NCBI RefSeq assembly: GCF_022045235.1
Contig: NW_027266330.1
Span: forward strand, 31,682,001 to 31,746,000
From: Haliotis cracherodii
Lineage: Eukaryota
Reading direction: 5' to 3'
DNA: 64,000 nt
Shown here piece after piece: positions 1 through 10,345 of the stretch. Under the pieces are notes generated by a model. It searched no databases. It was not told the DNA's origin and saw only the letters and a list, made by a program, of their open reading frames with translations. The stretch's first letter is position 1. Each line of letters begins with the position of its first letter. A program made the translations under genes and the position numbers.

Positions 1-137
1 GGCTTTTTTAATTGAAACTAAACGTTCAGAGAAGCATCAGACGATTTCCAATCTGATAGAAGTTTCTGTGACTTGGTTTCTGTGGATGCGAAAGTAACCA
101 CATCGGATTTTTAAGTAACACAATGTACTGCACCGTT

Positions 138-436
138 TGATCAATCCCGATTTAATCAATTAACAATGATTGATAATCCCTGCAGATAACAGGACTAGAT
201 TGGTTGAACTCTTCTCAGACCTGTCCCTTTATACGGAAACTTGTTTTGACAAGAAGTTGATTGGTTTCTCAAGTGGACAGTGAGATTCCTTTCGGATCAA
301 AGCCGAATGAAGTTGCAGTGTAGCTTTGATCTCGCCACTGGCTTCGAAAATGCTCTCTTTGATCTATAAATCTCTACTACTATGTTTATACTAAGGGTAA
401 GTATAAATGTTTTGCACGGACTGGAGTCCTTCACTT
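138..436 (+). promoter_or_regulatory. Putative Pol II promoter of the array gene (repeated in every unit except where deleted at 32387)
   Basis: Inverted CCAAT (ATTGG) at 199-203 and 260-264; TATAAA at 365-370 and 402-407; Inr-like TCACT at 431-435 with A433 31 nt from the T of the second TATA; no ATG between 433 and the start codon at 555. Confidence 0.7.
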
Positions 437-554
437 CATCTCAATCCGTGAGAACGAACACATCTACTTTCCAATTATCTAAATTTGGCGCTACTGAATT
501 CCTGTAGTATTACATCCGACTGCATTCTAGTGTTGTGTCCGAAGGCCCTAGAAC

Positions 555-1176
555 ATGGATCCAGTTCAAGTTGCCATCAAGCTGAGACGACTCCTTATTG
601 CCCACGACAATGCAGTGAAAGAGATCCTGACATTAGGTAAATATGAACTGTGCTCTTTTTCAGTTCCCTGCAAACATGGCAATATTGGTATCACACTGAA
701 TTTTAGAATTGAACAAAATAAAATGACATTGTTGGGAACACATTTACCGAGATTTCTAATTACCCGTTTTATTGTTTTCAGATACCCAAGTCTACCATCT
801 GATGCGGAAGATGACAGCTAACTCCTCCAACAACTGCATAATCCGAGGTGAACAGCTGATCCAGAGACGATGGGTGCTGGAAGGTGTCAAGGAGATGTTT
901 ACCATCTACAGACAACTCAAGTGGCAAGAGGTGCAAGCCTGTGTAAACGCCATCACCAAAGATGCTTCTGGAGAGAGTGATTCGGAGGCGGACTGGAATG
1001 CAGATACCTCTTTCAATGACGATGAAGCTTCCTTCACGGAACTCTTGTCCGACAGCTCATATAGTGAGGACGACGAAGACCAGGGAGACCTATACAGCAA
1101 CGACAGCAGCTACGATATGACGACTCTCAGTCGAGCTTTGTCTGTAGACGACAGTGCACTTCATAGAAACGCCTAA
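555..1176 (+). CDS. Array gene copy 1, uncharacterised 158-aa protein, join(555..636,782..1176)
   Basis: Donor TTAG|GTAAAT at 636/637, branch-like CTAAT at 756-760, acceptor TTGTTTTCAG| at 781; the phase-1 join G+AT=Asp fuses MDPVQ...EILTL in frame to DTQVY...LHRNA*. Confidence 0.85.
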
Positions 1177-1327
1177 GAGAAATCACAAGTCCCATCCACA
1201 TCAACTAGTGCTGCATTTACCTTGTTATTCATTTTTTGTTATTGTACACAAATGTTGCCTGACAGTGTGCAAAGGGCATCCTATTATATTGTAAACCACA
1301 TTTGTTTGTTGATGAATATGCTGAGGA

Positions 1328-1333
1328 AATAAA
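1328..1333 (+). terminator. Putative polyadenylation signal AATAAA (same position in each unit)
   Basis: AATAAA about 150 nt after the stop codon, in an AT-rich 3' UTR. Confidence 0.6.
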
Positions 1334-3072
1334 TAATGAAGTCGATATTATAATCTTGATCATTCACTGACACGCTCACGACATCTTGAAGACATCATTC
1401 GTATAGAGAGAGAGAAAAGGTTAATTTGAGATGGTATCTCACAATACCAAACCTTCGATCATTTTACTTGGTTCTGAGTAAGGCAATCATTCGCAGATAT
1501 CGTCCTTAATCTATTCTTTGAAATAGGAAAAAGATACAGACTAATCAATTGAAATGAAACACATTTGGACATTAGGTATTGATGGAGAAGAAGTGATTCC
1601 AATGTAATGGTTGCACAATAACATTAAATACAGTTTGGAGCGTTGCAATTCGTTTGCCCGTATCCATGCCGATCCTATAGCAAAAGGATTTAGACAGACG
1701 AACCACAACCCCATATGATATTGATCTTAGAGACATATATGTCAGGTTGTATTTCATATTATCAGAGCATTTAATTGTTTCTCTTTCCTTTTGCAATGTA
1801 CATACCCAAGTGCTTAAGGAGATAGTCATGCATGTTAAAAATTGTCAATGCACACAGCATGCAAGACAAAAGGAAATTGAAACATTGACATCAACACAGG
1901 CCAAATAACATTTCTGATCCAAGTCAGCACTTGATGAATACTATTCCCCTGAAAGCACGAAAAAGTAAAGATCAGAATATCCTGACATGAAACAGTGGGC
2001 ATCTTTCAAAAACAATGCTAAAACCGTGCTTATGTTTATCTAGCAACATACTCCAATTTACATCATGTGCTTTAACAGCATTCTGTATTCAAAGATATAA
2101 ATCATGACACCGTGCTTTGTAATTCTCCCAAACACATGACAGTTATACACTGAAGATGATGTCTCTAGATCATTTAACACACATAAACTTTATTGTACAT
2201 GCCTATTTATTTATTTATTTATATAGTAAGCTTTTAAGTACCCGACGTCCACCCAAAAGCTTTTAAGATGGTTAATATCCAGATACTTAAGCCAAATGAG
2301 CTGCTTCAATTATACCATGAGGATGGTATTCATCAAAAATAGTATTTGAAATGCTTCAAAACATACGTAAGACTGGTTGGGGAAATGGTCAGTTTAACAT
2401 AGCATTCACGACCTCAAACAGATGTGTACAATAAGTTCCAGATTTGACTGTACGTTTATTCACTTTGCCTTTGCCTACCACAGTAAGGATTTTTTAGGAT
2501 TGTGGACATGGTTTTCTGGGCTTTTTTAATTGAAACTAAACGTTCAGAGAAGCATCAGACGATTTCCAATCTGATAGAAGTTTCTGTGACTTGGTTTCTG
2601 TGGATGCGAAAGTAACCACATCGGATTTTTAAGTAACACAATGTACTGCACCGTTTGATCAATCCCGATTTAATCAATTAACAATGATTGATAATCCCTG
2701 CAGATAACAGGACTAGATTGGTTGAACTCTTCTCAGACCTCTCCCTTTATACGGAAACTTGTTTTGACAAGAAGTTGATTGGTTTCTCAAGTGGACAGTG
2801 AGATTCCTTTCGGATCAAAGCCGAATGAAGTTGCAGTGTAGCTTTGATCTCGCCACTGGCTTCGAAAATGCTCTCTTTGATCTATAAATCTCTACTACTA
2901 TGTTTATACTAAGGGTAAGTATAAATGTTTTGCACGGACTGGAGTCCTTCACTTCATCTCAATCCGTGAGAACGAACACATCTACTTTCCAATTATCTAA
3001 ATTTGGCGCTACTGAATTCCTGTAGTATTACATCCGACTGCATTCTAGTGTTGTGTCCGAAGGCCCTAGAAA

Positions 3073-3694
3073 ATGGATCCAGTTCAAGTTGCCATCAAGC
3101 TGAGACGACTCCTTATTGCCCACGACAATGCAGTGAAAGAGATCCTGACATTAGGTAAATATGAACTGTGCTCTTTTTCAGTCCCCTGCAAACATTGCAA
3201 TATCGGTATCACACTGAATTTTAGAATTGAACAAAATAAAATGATATTGTTGTGAACACATTTACCGAGATTTCTAATTACCCGTTTTATTGTTTTCAGA
3301 TACCCAAGTCTACCATCTGATGCAGAAGATGACAGCCAACTCCTCCAACAACTGCATAATCCGAGGTGAACAGCTGATCCAGAGACGATGGGTGCTGGAA
3401 GGTGTCAAGGAGATGTTTACCATCTACAGACAACTCAAGTGGCAAGAGGTGCAAGCCTGTGTAAACGCCATCACCAAAGATGCTTCTGGAGAGAGTGATT
3501 CGGAGGCGGACTGGAATGGAGATACCTCTTTCAATGACGATGAAGCTTCCTTCACGGAACTCTTGTCCGACAGCTCATATAGTGAGGACGACGAAGACCA
3601 GGGAGACCTATACAGCAACGACAGCAGCTACGATATGACGACTCTCAGTCGAGCTTTGTCTGTAGACGACAGTGCACTTCATAGAAACGCCTAA
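3073..3694 (+). CDS. Array gene copy 2, join(3073..3154,3300..3694)
   Basis: Same exon/intron structure as copy 1, intact frame. Confidence 0.85.
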
Positions 3695-5471
3695 GAGAAA
3701 TCACAAGTCCCATCCACATCAACTAGTGCTGCATTTACCTTGTTATTCATTTTTTGTTATTGTACACAAATGTTGCCTGACAGTGTGCAAAGGGCATCCT
3801 ATTATATTGTAAACCACATTTGTTTGTTGATGAATATGCTGAGGAAATAAATAATGAAGTCGATATTATAATCTTGATCATTTGCTGACACGCTCACGAC
3901 ATCTTGAAGACATCATTCGTATAGAAAGTTTGTGAGAGAGAGAAAAAAAGGTTAATTTGAGATGGTATCTCACAATACCAAGCCTTCGATCATTTTACTT
4001 GGTTCTGAGTATGGCAATCATTCGCAGATATCGTCCTTAATCTATTCTTTGAAATAGGAAAAGATACAGACTAATCAATTGAAATGAAACACATTAGGTA
4101 TTGATGGAGAAGAAGAGATTCCAAGGTAATGGTTGCACCATAACATTAAATACAGTTTGGAGTGTTGCAATTCGTTTGCCCGTATCCATGCCGATCCTAT
4201 AGCAAAAGGATTTAGACAGACGAACCACAACCCCATATGATATTCATCTGAGAGAGATATATGCCAGGTTGTATTTCATATTATCAGAGCATTTAATTGT
4301 TTCTCTTTCTTTTTGCAATGTACATGCCCAAGTGCTTAAGGAGAGAGTCATACATGTTAAAAAGTGTCAATGCACACAGCATGCAAAACAAAAGGAAATT
4401 GAAACATTGACATCAACACAGGCCAAATAACAGTTTTGATCCAAGTCAGCACTTGATGAATACTATTCCCCTGAAAGCACTAAAAAGTAAAGATCAGAAT
4501 ATCCTGACATGAAACAGTGGGCATCTTTCAAAAACAATGCTAACAACGTGCTTATGTTTATCTAGCAACATACTCCAATTTCCATCATGTGCTTTAACAG
4601 CATTCTGTATTCAAAGATATAAATCATGACACAGTGCTTTGTAATTCTCCCCAAAACATGACAGTTATACACTGAAGATGATGTCTCTAGATCATTTAAC
4701 ACACATAAACTTTATTGTACATGCCTATTTATTTATATAGTAACCTTTTAAGTACCCGACGTCCACCCAAAAGCTTCTAAGATGGTAAATATCCAGATAC
4801 TTAAGCCAAATGAGCTGCTTCAATTATACCATGATGATGGTATTCATCAAAAATAGTATTTGAAATGCTTCAAAACATACGTGCTGTATTTCGATCATGT
4901 AAGACGGGTTGGGAAAATGCTCAGATTAACATAGCATTTACGACCTCCAACAGATGTGTACAATAAGTTCCAGATTTGACTGTACATGTATTCACTTTGC
5001 CTTTGCCTACCTGATTAAGGATTTTTTAGGATTGTGGACATGGTTTTCTCGGCTTTTTTAATTGAAACTAAACGTTCAGAGAAGCATCAGGCGATTTCCA
5101 AGCTGATAGAAGTTACTGTGACTTGGTTTCTGTGGAAGCGACAGTAACCACATCGGATTTTTAAGTAATACAATGTACTGCACCGTTTGATCAATCCCGA
5201 TTTAATCAATTAACAATGATTGATAATCCCTGGAGATAACAGGACTAGATTGGTTGAACTCTTCTCAGACCTCTCCCTTTATACGGAAACTTGTTTTGAC
5301 AAGAAGTTGATTGGTTTCTCAAGTGGACAGTGAGATTCCTTTCGGATCAAAGCCGAATGAAGTTGCAGTGTAGCTTTGATCTCGCCACTGGCTTCGAAAA
5401 TGCTCTCTTTGATCTATAAATCTCTACTACTATGTTTATACTAAGGGTCAGTATAAATGTTTTGCAAGGAC

Positions 5472-5479
5472 TGGAGTCC
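5472..5479 (+). repeat. 5' TSD of LINE copy A, TGGAGTCC (partner 9243-9250)
   Basis: 8-bp direct repeat flanking the insertion; single copy in empty units. Confidence 0.92.
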
Positions 5480-8400
5480 AAATAACTGGCATCCAAATAA
5501 CTCTCAAAAACCAAAAAATAAACATCATTAACGTATACCACTGGGCAGAACAAAAAATTCAAGCTGAGGACCTAAACAAATTACTGCAAATAAGCAATAA
5601 ATCAACTATATTCCTAGGAGACTTTAACGCTCACCACCCCACCTGGAGCATAGATGAAAAAATAGATAATCATGGCAAACTAATCTCTGAATGGATAGAA
5701 ACAAATAACCTTGTACTCCTAAACAATAACCAACCAACTAGATACGATAAGAAAAACCATAAAATGTCGGCTATCGACCTAACCATATGCACCTCAGATC
5801 TGGCCCAAAGTACTCAATGGGAAGTTCACGACGCCCCATTAGGTAGTGACCACTTCCCTATAAACATTACCATAGGCAATACAAACGTTCCTACCCAAAC
5901 AGAAAACCTAGAACCAAAATTCAACTATAACCAAGCTAACTGGGACAAATTTCAGGATATCTGCAACCAAGCCAACCTAACCAAACTAGAAAATAAGGAC
6001 CCAGAAATCTACTGCAAAAACCTAACAGACTACATAATTAACGCAGCCAAAGCATCAATACCTTATAAAACAAATAACGTAGGCAAACCCTCGGTACCAT
6101 GGTGGAACGAGGAAATAGAACAAACTAGACGCAAACGTAAAACAGCCTTCAATAGAGCCAAACGCGACCATAACCATATAACGGTAGCTCACGAACTAAA
6201 CCACAAGGTCCAAAAACTAGTCAAAATAGCTAAAACCAAAGATTGGAAATTATTTTGTGAAGGAGTAAATAATCGCACAGATGCCAGAACAGTCTGGCGA
6301 AAAATCCACGCCATTAGAGGCTTAAAACGTCACAAAAAAACACCCAACATAAACAATTCAACCAACCCTACCGAAAAGGCAAATAACCTAGCAAACCACT
6401 TCTCGGCCATAAGCAGCAACAATAACTTCAGCGAAAAATTCCAACAAAAACTTAAAGCAGAAGCCAAACCTACTAAAGTACCAAATAATGATAACCTCGA
6501 AATAAACCAACCTTACTCAATGGAAGAACTCCAGTACGTACTCCAAAATAGGAAAAAGGGAACTGCCCCAGGACTAGACCTAACATCCTACCAAATAATC
6601 AAAAAACTCCCCCCCAACCTACTCCAGGCACTACTTAAACTATATAACCTAATCTATCAAAACGGACAGGTACCAACTCCCTGGAAACAGGCACTAGTCA
6701 TCCCTATCCCTAAACCCGATAAACCAACTAACCAGGCAAATTCTTATAGACCAATATCCCTAACCTCAAACCTATGTAAAGTAATGGAATCTATGGCCAA
6801 AAATAGACTACAACACTACTTAACTCAAAATAACATCATAAACACAGATCAAAGCGGTTTCACTCCTGGCCGCTCAACCTTAGATAATCTCGCCCGACTA
6901 GAACAGGACATAAAGACGGGACAACTCAACAAACAATACACAACAGGCATCTTTCTGGATTTCTCCAAAGCATTCGACATGGTTTGGCACAACGGGCTAA
7001 TACAAAAACTTAAAAAAATAGGACTAAAAGGACAAATAATAAACTACATTCAGGACTTTCTAAACGAACGTAAAATAACAGTGGGGATAGACCATACTCT
7101 ATCGGACCAGTGTCCCCTAGAAAATGGCACTCCCCAGGGCAGTATCCTCAGCCCCACACTCTTTAATATAATGATAAACGATCTCTTCGAGGGCCTATCC
7201 CCTAAAGTAAACACATCCAAATTCGCGGATGATGGAGCCCTTTGGATCCGCACAAAAAGTATTAATATGGCCCAAAATTTACTCCAAAAATCTCTTAATA
7301 AAATACAACAATGGGCTGACAAATGGGGCTTCTCCCTTAACTCAGAAAAAACAACAGGAATAGTATTCAAACATAAAAACATGAAACCCGCCTCCCCAAT
7401 TCTCCAGCTAAACAACCAAACAATCAAATTTCAAAAACAAACCAAATTCTTAGGACTTATCTTCGATCAACATCTCACCTGGGATGCTCACATCCAAAAC
7501 CTAACAACTAAATGCAGTAAAGACCTAAACACCCTAAGATGCCTCACTGGCTCAAACTGGGGAGCCTCCAAAGATACCCTCCTCTCACTCTACATATCAC
7601 TAATTAGATCAAAACTAGACTACGGCTGCGCCATATACAACACCCTAAACAACTCTCTATCTAAAAAACTTGACTCAATACAATATCAGGCTCTCAAACT
7701 AATTACACGCACCCAACATGGCACCTCCTACACTTCACTCCAGGCCTTAACAGGAGAAATGCCACTAAGTCTACGCAGGGAACAGCTAAGCTTAAATTTC
7801 TGGGCCGCATCCCAATCAAACCCTCTCATCCAAAACCTAATAAACCAAAATATCAGCCCCAAAAACCAAGCTCTAGCTCGTAAACACCCCTTACTTACCC
7901 CAATATCTCAAAGAATAACAAACTACCTAAATGAACACCAAATTAAAAATCTTAAACAAAACTGCAAACAATCAAATATCTTCACCCCTAAACTTAAAAT
8001 ACCCAAAATAGACACAACACTAGCTAGCCAAATAAATAAACAAACCGACCCAAACATAGCTAAAACCACCACACTAGCTTACATACACGAAAATTGGCCA
8101 AATTGGTGTCACATTTACACGGACGGATCTTCAGATCCGACCTCCAAACACACAGGTTTCGGAGTCCATACCACACAACCAACTAAAACTACACAATCCT
8201 TCCGACTCCCAAACAACCAATCAATATTCACGGCAGAACTAATGGGCATGGCCTCAGCCCTCCATAGTCAAGAATCCAAAAACCACAATAAAATCCTAAT
8301 ACTTACCGACTCCCTAAGTGGACTGCAAGCCCTCCAAAACAAAAATACCAAAAACCGACCTAAATTAATAAATCTAATACTTAAAAGCTCCAACGACCTA

Positions 8401-9242
8401 ACTAACGCAGGCAAACAAATAACTTTCTTGTGGATACCCGCCCACGTAGGAATATACGGTAATGAAAACGCCGATAAGGCAGCTAAACTATCCCTCAAAA
8501 TCCCAGAAATAAGCTTAAACTTACCCATCTCAAAATCAGAAATTAAAAGTGTAAATAAGCAAAAAATCACCAAAAAATGGCATAACCTATATCTAAACTC
8601 AAATAGCCAAATCAAAAAAGTACTCAGCAAACCACTAACCAAACCAAAAATTCACCATCCATCAAAAAAAATCGACAGAGTAATCACTAAACTCCAAACA
8701 GGACACACCAACCTAAATAACCACCTAAAAAAAATAAAAAAACATACTACAGGTAACTGCCCACACTGCAAACAACTAGAAAACCCAGAACACGCACTCA
8801 TCTACTGCACACACTACCTAACACATCGAACCGCATTACAAACCACCCTCAATCTAAACCAGGCTCTCACTCTAGAAGCAATACTAAACCCACAAAATAA
8901 ACTAGAAAACTTCAAGGCCTTAGGCGTATTCTTAATCAAAACGGAACTAATAAAACGCATCTAAAAACACTATAATCCACCAAATCAAAATTACATAAAC
9001 ACACAAAAATCCACCATACCCAGCTCCCTTAGTTCTCCTCCCTTACCCCATCGGCATCTATTCCAAATCTCAAAATTCCCAAATTCTATATAAGCAACCC
9101 CTAAAGCCCCCTCTTGGGTTGCACACACCACTTTCGCCCCTTTCGGAAACACATTAAATGGCCTGGCCGGGCCCGTGTGCGAAATACGCATCAGTCGGAA
9201 AGCGCACGTTAAATCTCCAAAGTAAGTAAGTAAGTAAGTAAG
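5480..9242 (+). mobile_element. I-group non-LTR retrotransposon copy A, 5'-truncated within the endonuclease domain, divergent subfamily
   Basis: Begins mid-APE domain (ITGIQITL...FLGDFNAHH); RT and RNase H ORF, 3' UTR, (AAGT)6 tail counting the shared T, 8-bp TSD. Confidence 0.96.
5482..8964 (+). CDS. Copy A ORF2, 5'-truncated: partial APE, RT, RNase H, C-terminal CCHC
   Basis: Frame is open upstream of the track's Met at 5764; motifs GDFNAHH, GSDHFPI, YRPISLTS, DFSKAFD, PQGSILSP, FADD, YTDGS, AEL, TDS, WIPAHVGIYGNENAD, CPHC..HALIYC. Confidence 0.93.
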   Translation: MTGIQITLKNQKINIINVYHWAEQKIQAEDLNKLLQISNKSTIFLGDFNAHHPTWSIDEKIDNHGKLISEWIETNNLVLLNNNQPTRYDKKNHKMSAIDLTICTSDLAQSTQWEVHDAPLGSDHFPINITIGNTNVPTQTENLEPKFNYNQANWDKFQDICNQANLTKLENKDPEIYCKNLTDYIINAAKASIPYKTNNVGKPSVPWWNEEIEQTRRKRKTAFNRAKRDHNHITVAHELNHKVQKLVKIAKTKDWKLFCEGVNNRTDARTVWRKIHAIRGLKRHKKTPNINNSTNPTEKANNLANHFSAISSNNNFSEKFQQKLKAEAKPTKVPNNDNLEINQPYSMEELQYVLQNRKKGTAPGLDLTSYQIIKKLPPNLLQALLKLYNLIYQNGQVPTPWKQALVIPIPKPDKPTNQANSYRPISLTSNLCKVMESMAKNRLQHYLTQNNIINTDQSGFTPGRSTLDNLARLEQDIKTGQLNKQYTTGIFLDFSKAFDMVWHNGLIQKLKKIGLKGQIINYIQDFLNERKITVGIDHTLSDQCPLENGTPQGSILSPTLFNIMINDLFEGLSPKVNTSKFADDGALWIRTKSINMAQNLLQKSLNKIQQWADKWGFSLNSEKTTGIVFKHKNMKPASPILQLNNQTIKFQKQTKFLGLIFDQHLTWDAHIQNLTTKCSKDLNTLRCLTGSNWGASKDTLLSLYISLIRSKLDYGCAIYNTLNNSLSKKLDSIQYQALKLITRTQHGTSYTSLQALTGEMPLSLRREQLSLNFWAASQSNPLIQNLINQNISPKNQALARKHPLLTPISQRITNYLNEHQIKNLKQNCKQSNIFTPKLKIPKIDTTLASQINKQTDPNIAKTTTLAYIHENWPNWCHIYTDGSSDPTSKHTGFGVHTTQPTKTTQSFRLPNNQSIFTAELMGMASALHSQESKNHNKILILTDSLSGLQALQNKNTKNRPKLINLILKSSNDLTNAGKQITFLWIPAHVGIYGNENADKAAKLSLKIPEISLNLPISKSEIKSVNKQKITKKWHNLYLNSNSQIKKVLSKPLTKPKIHHPSKKIDRVITKLQTGHTNLNNHLKKIKKHTTGNCPHCKQLENPEHALIYCTHYLTHRTALQTTLNLNQALTLEAILNPQNKLENFKALGVFLIKTELIKRI

Positions 9243-9375
9243 TGGAGTCCTTCACTGCATCTCAATCCGTGAGAACGAACACATCTACTTTCCAATTATC
9301 TAAATTTGGCGCTACTGAATTCCTGTAGTATTACATCCGACTGCATTCTAGTGTTGTGTCCGAAGGCCCTAGAAA

Positions 9376-9997
9376 ATGGATCCAGTTCAAGTTGCCATCA
9401 AGCTGAGACGACTCCTTATTGCCCACGACAATGCAGTGAAAGAGATCCTGACATTAGGTAAATATGAACTGTGCTCTTTTTCAGTCCCCTGCAAACATGG
9501 CAATATCGGTATCACACTGAATTTTAGAATTGAACAAAATAAAATGATATTGTTGTGAACACATTTACCGAGATTTCTAATTACCCGTTTTATTGTTTTC
9601 AGATACCCAAGTCTACTATCTGATGCGGAAGATGACAGCCAACTCCTCCAACAACTGCATAATCCGAGGTGAACAGCTGATCCAGAGACGATGGGTGCTG
9701 GAAGGTGTCAAGGAGATGTTTACCATCTACAGACAACTCAAGTGGCAAGAGGTGCAAGCCTGTGTAAACGCCATCACCAAAGATGCTCCTGGAGAGAGTG
9801 ATTTGGAGGCGGACTGGAATGCAGATACCTCTTTCAATGACGATGAAGCTTCCTTCACGGAACTCTTGTCCGACAGCTCATATAGTGAGGACGACGAAGA
9901 CCAGGGAGACCTATACAGCAACGACAGCAGCTACGATATGACGACTCTCAGTCGAGCTTTGTCTGTAGACGACAGTGCACTTCATAGAAACGCCTAA
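9376..9997 (+). CDS. Array gene copy 3 (separated from its TATA by LINE A), join(9376..9457,9603..9997)
   Basis: Intact frame; two private substitutions (S>P, S>L) in the acidic tail. Confidence 0.8.
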
Positions 9998-10216
9998 GGG
10001 AAATCACAAGTCCCATCCACATCAACTAGTGCTGCATTTACCTTGTTATTCATTTTTTGTTATTGTACACAAATGTTGCCTGACAGTGTGCAAAGGCATC
10101 CTATTATATTGTAAACCACATTTGTTTGTTGATGAATATCCTGAGGAAATAAATAATGAAGTCGATATTATAATCTTGATCATTTGCTGACACGCTCACG
10201 ACATCTTGAAGACATC

Positions 10217-10345
10217 NNNNNNNNNNNNNNNNNNNNNNNNNNNNNNNNNNNNNNNNNNNNNNNNNNNNNNNNNNNNNNNNNNNNNNNNNNNNNNNNNNNN
10301 NNNNNNNNNNNNNNNNNNNNNNNNNNNNNNNNNNNNNNNNNNNNN
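10217..10345. other. Assembly gap (N run)
   Basis: Ns at the position of the unit's (GA)n microsatellite. Confidence 0.99.

Noticed and set aside
380-490. Spliced-leader RNA gene (hairpin with G|GTAAGT, AAATTTGG Sm-like site), which would make the LINE NeSL-like in target
   Set aside because: Donor is mutated to GTCAGT in some units, Sm match is weak and distant, and the TATA-Inr-ATG geometry explains the region better; not formally excluded without small-RNA data
654-663. Alternative acceptor TCTTTTTCAG
   Set aside because: Would give a 27-nt intron, too short, and it has no branch point
637-821. ORF-track 60/88-aa ORFs and the TTG-started 134-aa ORF as separate genes
   Set aside because: They are exon 1 read into the intron and exon 2 of one spliced gene
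906-1100. Recurrent minus-strand 64-aa Ser-rich ORF
   Set aside because: Antisense shadow of the acidic exon 2; recurrence only reflects the repeat
1-2518. rRNA, 5S, tRNA, snRNA or histone gene in the unit (usual targets of site-specific LINEs)
   Set aside because: No recognisable sequence of these classes on either strand by eye; an Rfam scan would confirm
7050-8642. Minus-strand hydrophobic ORFs within the LINE copies
   Set aside because: By-product of the A/C-rich strand bias; no recognisable domains
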